From contig CAVVXH010000013.1 of assembly GCA_963752155.1 (NCBI GenBank), forward strand, positions 1 to 19,237: a DNA stretch of 19,237 nucleotides. Direction: 5' to 3'. Positions 16,921 through 19,237 of this stretch are shown here, piece by piece. The position numbers and the translations under genes are program-made. The stretch is from an uncultured Parachlamydiaceae bacterium. GTDB lineage: Bacteria > Chlamydiota > Chlamydiia > Chlamydiales > Parachlamydiaceae. Position 1 is the first letter of the stretch. Each line of letters opens with the position of its first letter. The notes under the pieces were generated by a model. That model was not told the origin of the DNA, searched no databases, and was given only the letters and a program-made list of their open reading frames with translations.

Positions 16921-18165
16921 TGTATCTCCCTCATGCGGGGCAATGACGCGAGTTTTTGAATGAAGAGCTTTTAAACCAGCCTTAGCAAAAGCAAGCTTTC
17001 TGTCGATATCTTTGTCTATTTGATCCGGATCATGGTGATGCAAGCAAAGAAGTTTAATCCTAGCTTCATGAGCAAGTTTAATGACTTCGCTCACAGATGA
17101 ATGACCCCAATTTTCTTTTAATTGATATTCTTCATCCGTATAGGTTGAATCGATGATGAGCATGTCTGCATTGTAAACAAATTCCACAAGTTTCTTATGG
17201 TCGAATTTATTATAATATTTGCTATCTTCCGGATATAATTCATTGTCAGTGATATAACAGAATATTTTGCCATTGTACTCAATTTTGTAACCCAAGCAAA
17301 GACCCGGATGCACGAGCAATATGGTTTTAATCTTAATATTATCGATGAAAAATTCACCTTCATTAAGAGATATATATTCAATGTTTGCAGCAAATTCTTT
17401 TGTGCTCACAGGAAAATAGACACTCTCCATTTGACCTGAAATGATTTGCCGAAGACTAGCCCCAGGATGATCTGTGCCATAGATTTCGAAGGAATTGCTT
17501 TTTATGTAAAAAGGGACAAAAAAGGGAAAACCGTTGATATGATCCCAATGGGGATGAGTGATAAAAATTTTGGCTTTAAAAGGAGTTTTTTTTTGGGCGA
17601 CAATGTAATTTGAAAGAGACTTGATTCCTGTTCCTGCGTCAAAGATGAAAAAATTTTTTTTTTGTCCAAAAGTGAGAGAAACGCAGTTTGTGTTGCCTCC
17701 ATAACGAGAAGTTAACTTTCCAGCCACGGGTAATGTACCACGAACCCCCCAAAATTGAACGATTATTTTGTCAGCTAAAATTTCTAAAATACTGCTTACA
17801 AATGTATTAGGGTCAATCGGTTTTAAAATATATCCATTAATGCCTAGTGAGGCTGCACGAGAGCTGTCAAAGGTGTATTGCCTGCTAGTGACTATGATAA
17901 AACTCGGTTGTTTTATAGAAGTCTCTTTTCGAATGGCTGTAAACAAATCGAATCCGTCTATTCCTGGCAATGCCAGATCACAAATCACACAATCAGGCTG
18001 AATTTTGTGAATGATTTCTAATGCATTTAACCCTGAGGTGCACGATGTGACTTTATGATCTTCATTTTCAAGCAAAATACGATACATTTCGACTAAATCT
18101 TCATCATCTTCGACGATAAAAAAGTGGAATTTTTTTGTTTTTTTTATCTTTTTAGCTTTAGCCAT
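16909..18165 (-). CDS. Response regulator fused to MBL-fold metallohydrolase (RNase Z/phosphodiesterase-like)
   Basis: REC (IVEDDE, CDLALPGIDG, LKP), then WGVRGT, YGGNTNC, DAGTG, THPHWDH, YITDNE, WGHS, HHHDP. Confidence 0.9.
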   Translation of the reverse strand: MAKAKKIKKTKKFHFFIVEDDEDLVEMYRILLENEDHKVTSCTSGLNALEIIHKIQPDCVICDLALPGIDGFDLFTAIRKETSIKQPSFIIVTSRQYTFDSSRAASLGINGYILKPIDPNTFVSSILEILADKIIVQFWGVRGTLPVAGKLTSRYGGNTNCVSLTFGQKKNFFIFDAGTGIKSLSNYIVAQKKTPFKAKIFITHPHWDHINGFPFFVPFYIKSNSFEIYGTDHPGASLRQIISGQMESVYFPVSTKEFAANIEYISLNEGEFFIDNIKIKTILLVHPGLCLGYKIEYNGKIFCYITDNELYPEDSKYYNKFDHKKLVEFVYNADMLIIDSTYTDEEYQLKENWGHSSVSEVIKLAHEARIKLLCLHHHDPDQIDKDIDRKLAFAKAGLKALHSKTRVIAPHEGDTLEV

Positions 18166-18289
18166 TTAGCAGCTCCCACTGTCTCTTAATTTCGTTGTGC
18201 CATTTTCATTTATTTTAGACAAGCTCGACTTGATAAAAGATTGAATATTAGTGATTTACAATAAAAATACGAGTAAGCACAAATTCCGT

Positions 18290-18519
18290 TTGCTAAAATA
18301 AATCGAAATTGTGTATGTTATGACTATTCCCGACAGTGAAATACGCGGCGGTGAACAAAGCGAACAATGATTCGCTTAAGAGGGTTGTTTTGACAGTACT
18401 AGAGAGATAATGTACAAGCGAATAAAGCTTGTGCGAGAATAAACCGATCAAAAGCGTTTATAATCGCGATTAATGAAAATAGGTAAACAATTTCCTTTTT
18501 AAAATTTTCACAAATTTTT
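18290..18519 (+). promoter_or_regulatory. rrn promoter/leader region
   Basis: Directly upstream of 16S; candidate TTGCTA-18-TATGTT; boxA-like GTTGTTTTGACA near 18384-18395. Individual motifs are uncertain. Confidence 0.4.
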
Positions 18520-18784
18520 TTTATTGAGAATTTGATCTTGGTTCAGATTGAATGCTGACAGCGTGGATGAGGCATGCAAGTCGAACGGATATTTAGCTTG
18601 CTATAATTAGTGGCGGAAGGGTTAGTAATACATGGGTAACTTGCCTTTAACTTGGGAATAACGCTTGGAAACGATCGCTAATACCAAATGTGGTGGCACA
18701 AGGCATCTTGTGTTTATTAAAGTGGGGGATCGCAAGACCTCGCGGTTAAAGAGAGGCCCATGGGATATCAGCTTGTTGGTGAGG
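18520..18784 (+). rRNA. rrs: 16S rRNA, 5' fragment (~265 nt), chlamydial type
   Basis: GAGAATTTGATCTTGGTTCAG, GGCATGCAAGTCGAACG, AGTGGCGGAAGGGTTAGTAA, GCTAATACC, CAGCTTGTTGGTGAGG; 16S similarity then stops. Confidence 0.95.
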
Positions 18785-18786
18785 AT

Positions 18787-19155
18787 GTCGCCGACATCGA
18801 TCGATCGGCCGATTTCTATGAAAAGGTCTTCGGCGGCCGCGTTCTGAGCAGAGGCGACAGCAAGGGTGCGTCCGGGCACATTCAGATCGCGAATACGTGG
18901 CTCATCGTGAACGTCGGGGGCGGGCCCACCCCGGACAAGCCGACGGTAACGCTGAGCGTCCTCGCCGACCCGGATAAAATTAGCAGCTTTATGAATATCC
19001 GCGTTGCGGATATTCAAGCCTGCTACAAACTATGGAAAAGTCGGGGGGCAGAGTTCATCACGGAGCCGATCCCTAAGTACGGCGAGATTCGCTGCTACAT
19101 CCGCGATCCGGACGGTTATATCATCGAGGTCGGACAGAGCACCGACCTTACTTAG
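18787..19155 (+). CDS. VOC/glyoxalase family protein, 5'-truncated, GC-rich foreign origin
   Basis: VADIDRSADFYEKVFG, NIRVADIQACY, GAEFITEP, YIRDPDGYIIEV; GC-ending codons unlike the rest of the window. Confidence 0.85.
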   Translation, partial: VADIDRSADFYEKVFGGRVLSRGDSKGASGHIQIANTWLIVNVGGGPTPDKPTVTLSVLADPDKISSFMNIRVADIQACYKLWKSRGAEFITEPIPKYGEIRCYIRDPDGYIIEVGQSTDLT

Positions 19156-19237
19156 GGTTAGCGCCCGGCCCGGTTAAACATGTTCTTACGGGTGTTACTC
19201 CGCCACCCAGATAACATCAATAAACCATTTCCTGCTA

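Noticed and set aside
7101..18001. Other short ORFs nested in or antisense to icd, epmA, efp, glgB, the kinase and REC-MBL
   Set aside because: Fully explained as alternate frames of well-supported genes.
18622..19017. ORFs 18622..19017 (-) and 18665..18847 (+)
   Set aside because: They overlap 16S rRNA and the VOC gene and show no recognisable motifs.

Overview
AT-rich chromosomal segment, most likely from an environmental chlamydia (Parachlamydiales-like). This rests on the 16S 5' signature GAGAATTTGATCTTGGTTCAG...GTGGATGAGGCATGCAAGTCGAACG and on gene content. Housekeeping genes: stand-alone LigD phosphoesterase, DUF2905, FAD synthetase (ribF, kinase domain degenerate), YkgJ-like Cys-cluster protein, icd, efp-epmA, glgB (one internal stop plus five +1 frameshifts) and beta-carbonic anhydrase. 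A signalling block follows: TM-PAS-GAF-GAF-PAS histidine kinase (one frameshift), stand-alone REC, stand-alone Hpt and a convergent REC-MBL hydrolase. The accessory left part holds a candidate papain-like protease/ankyrin effector, followed by a ligD remnant and a ~550-bp inverted-repeat element in which one arm carries 28 copies of a 9-bp unit. Two families of miniature palindromic elements show visible target-site duplications (3-bp TAA; 9-10 bp). The 16S gene stops after ~265 nt and is joined to a GC-rich, 5'-truncated VOC/glyoxalase gene, probably an assembly chimera. All calls are by eye; no searches were run.
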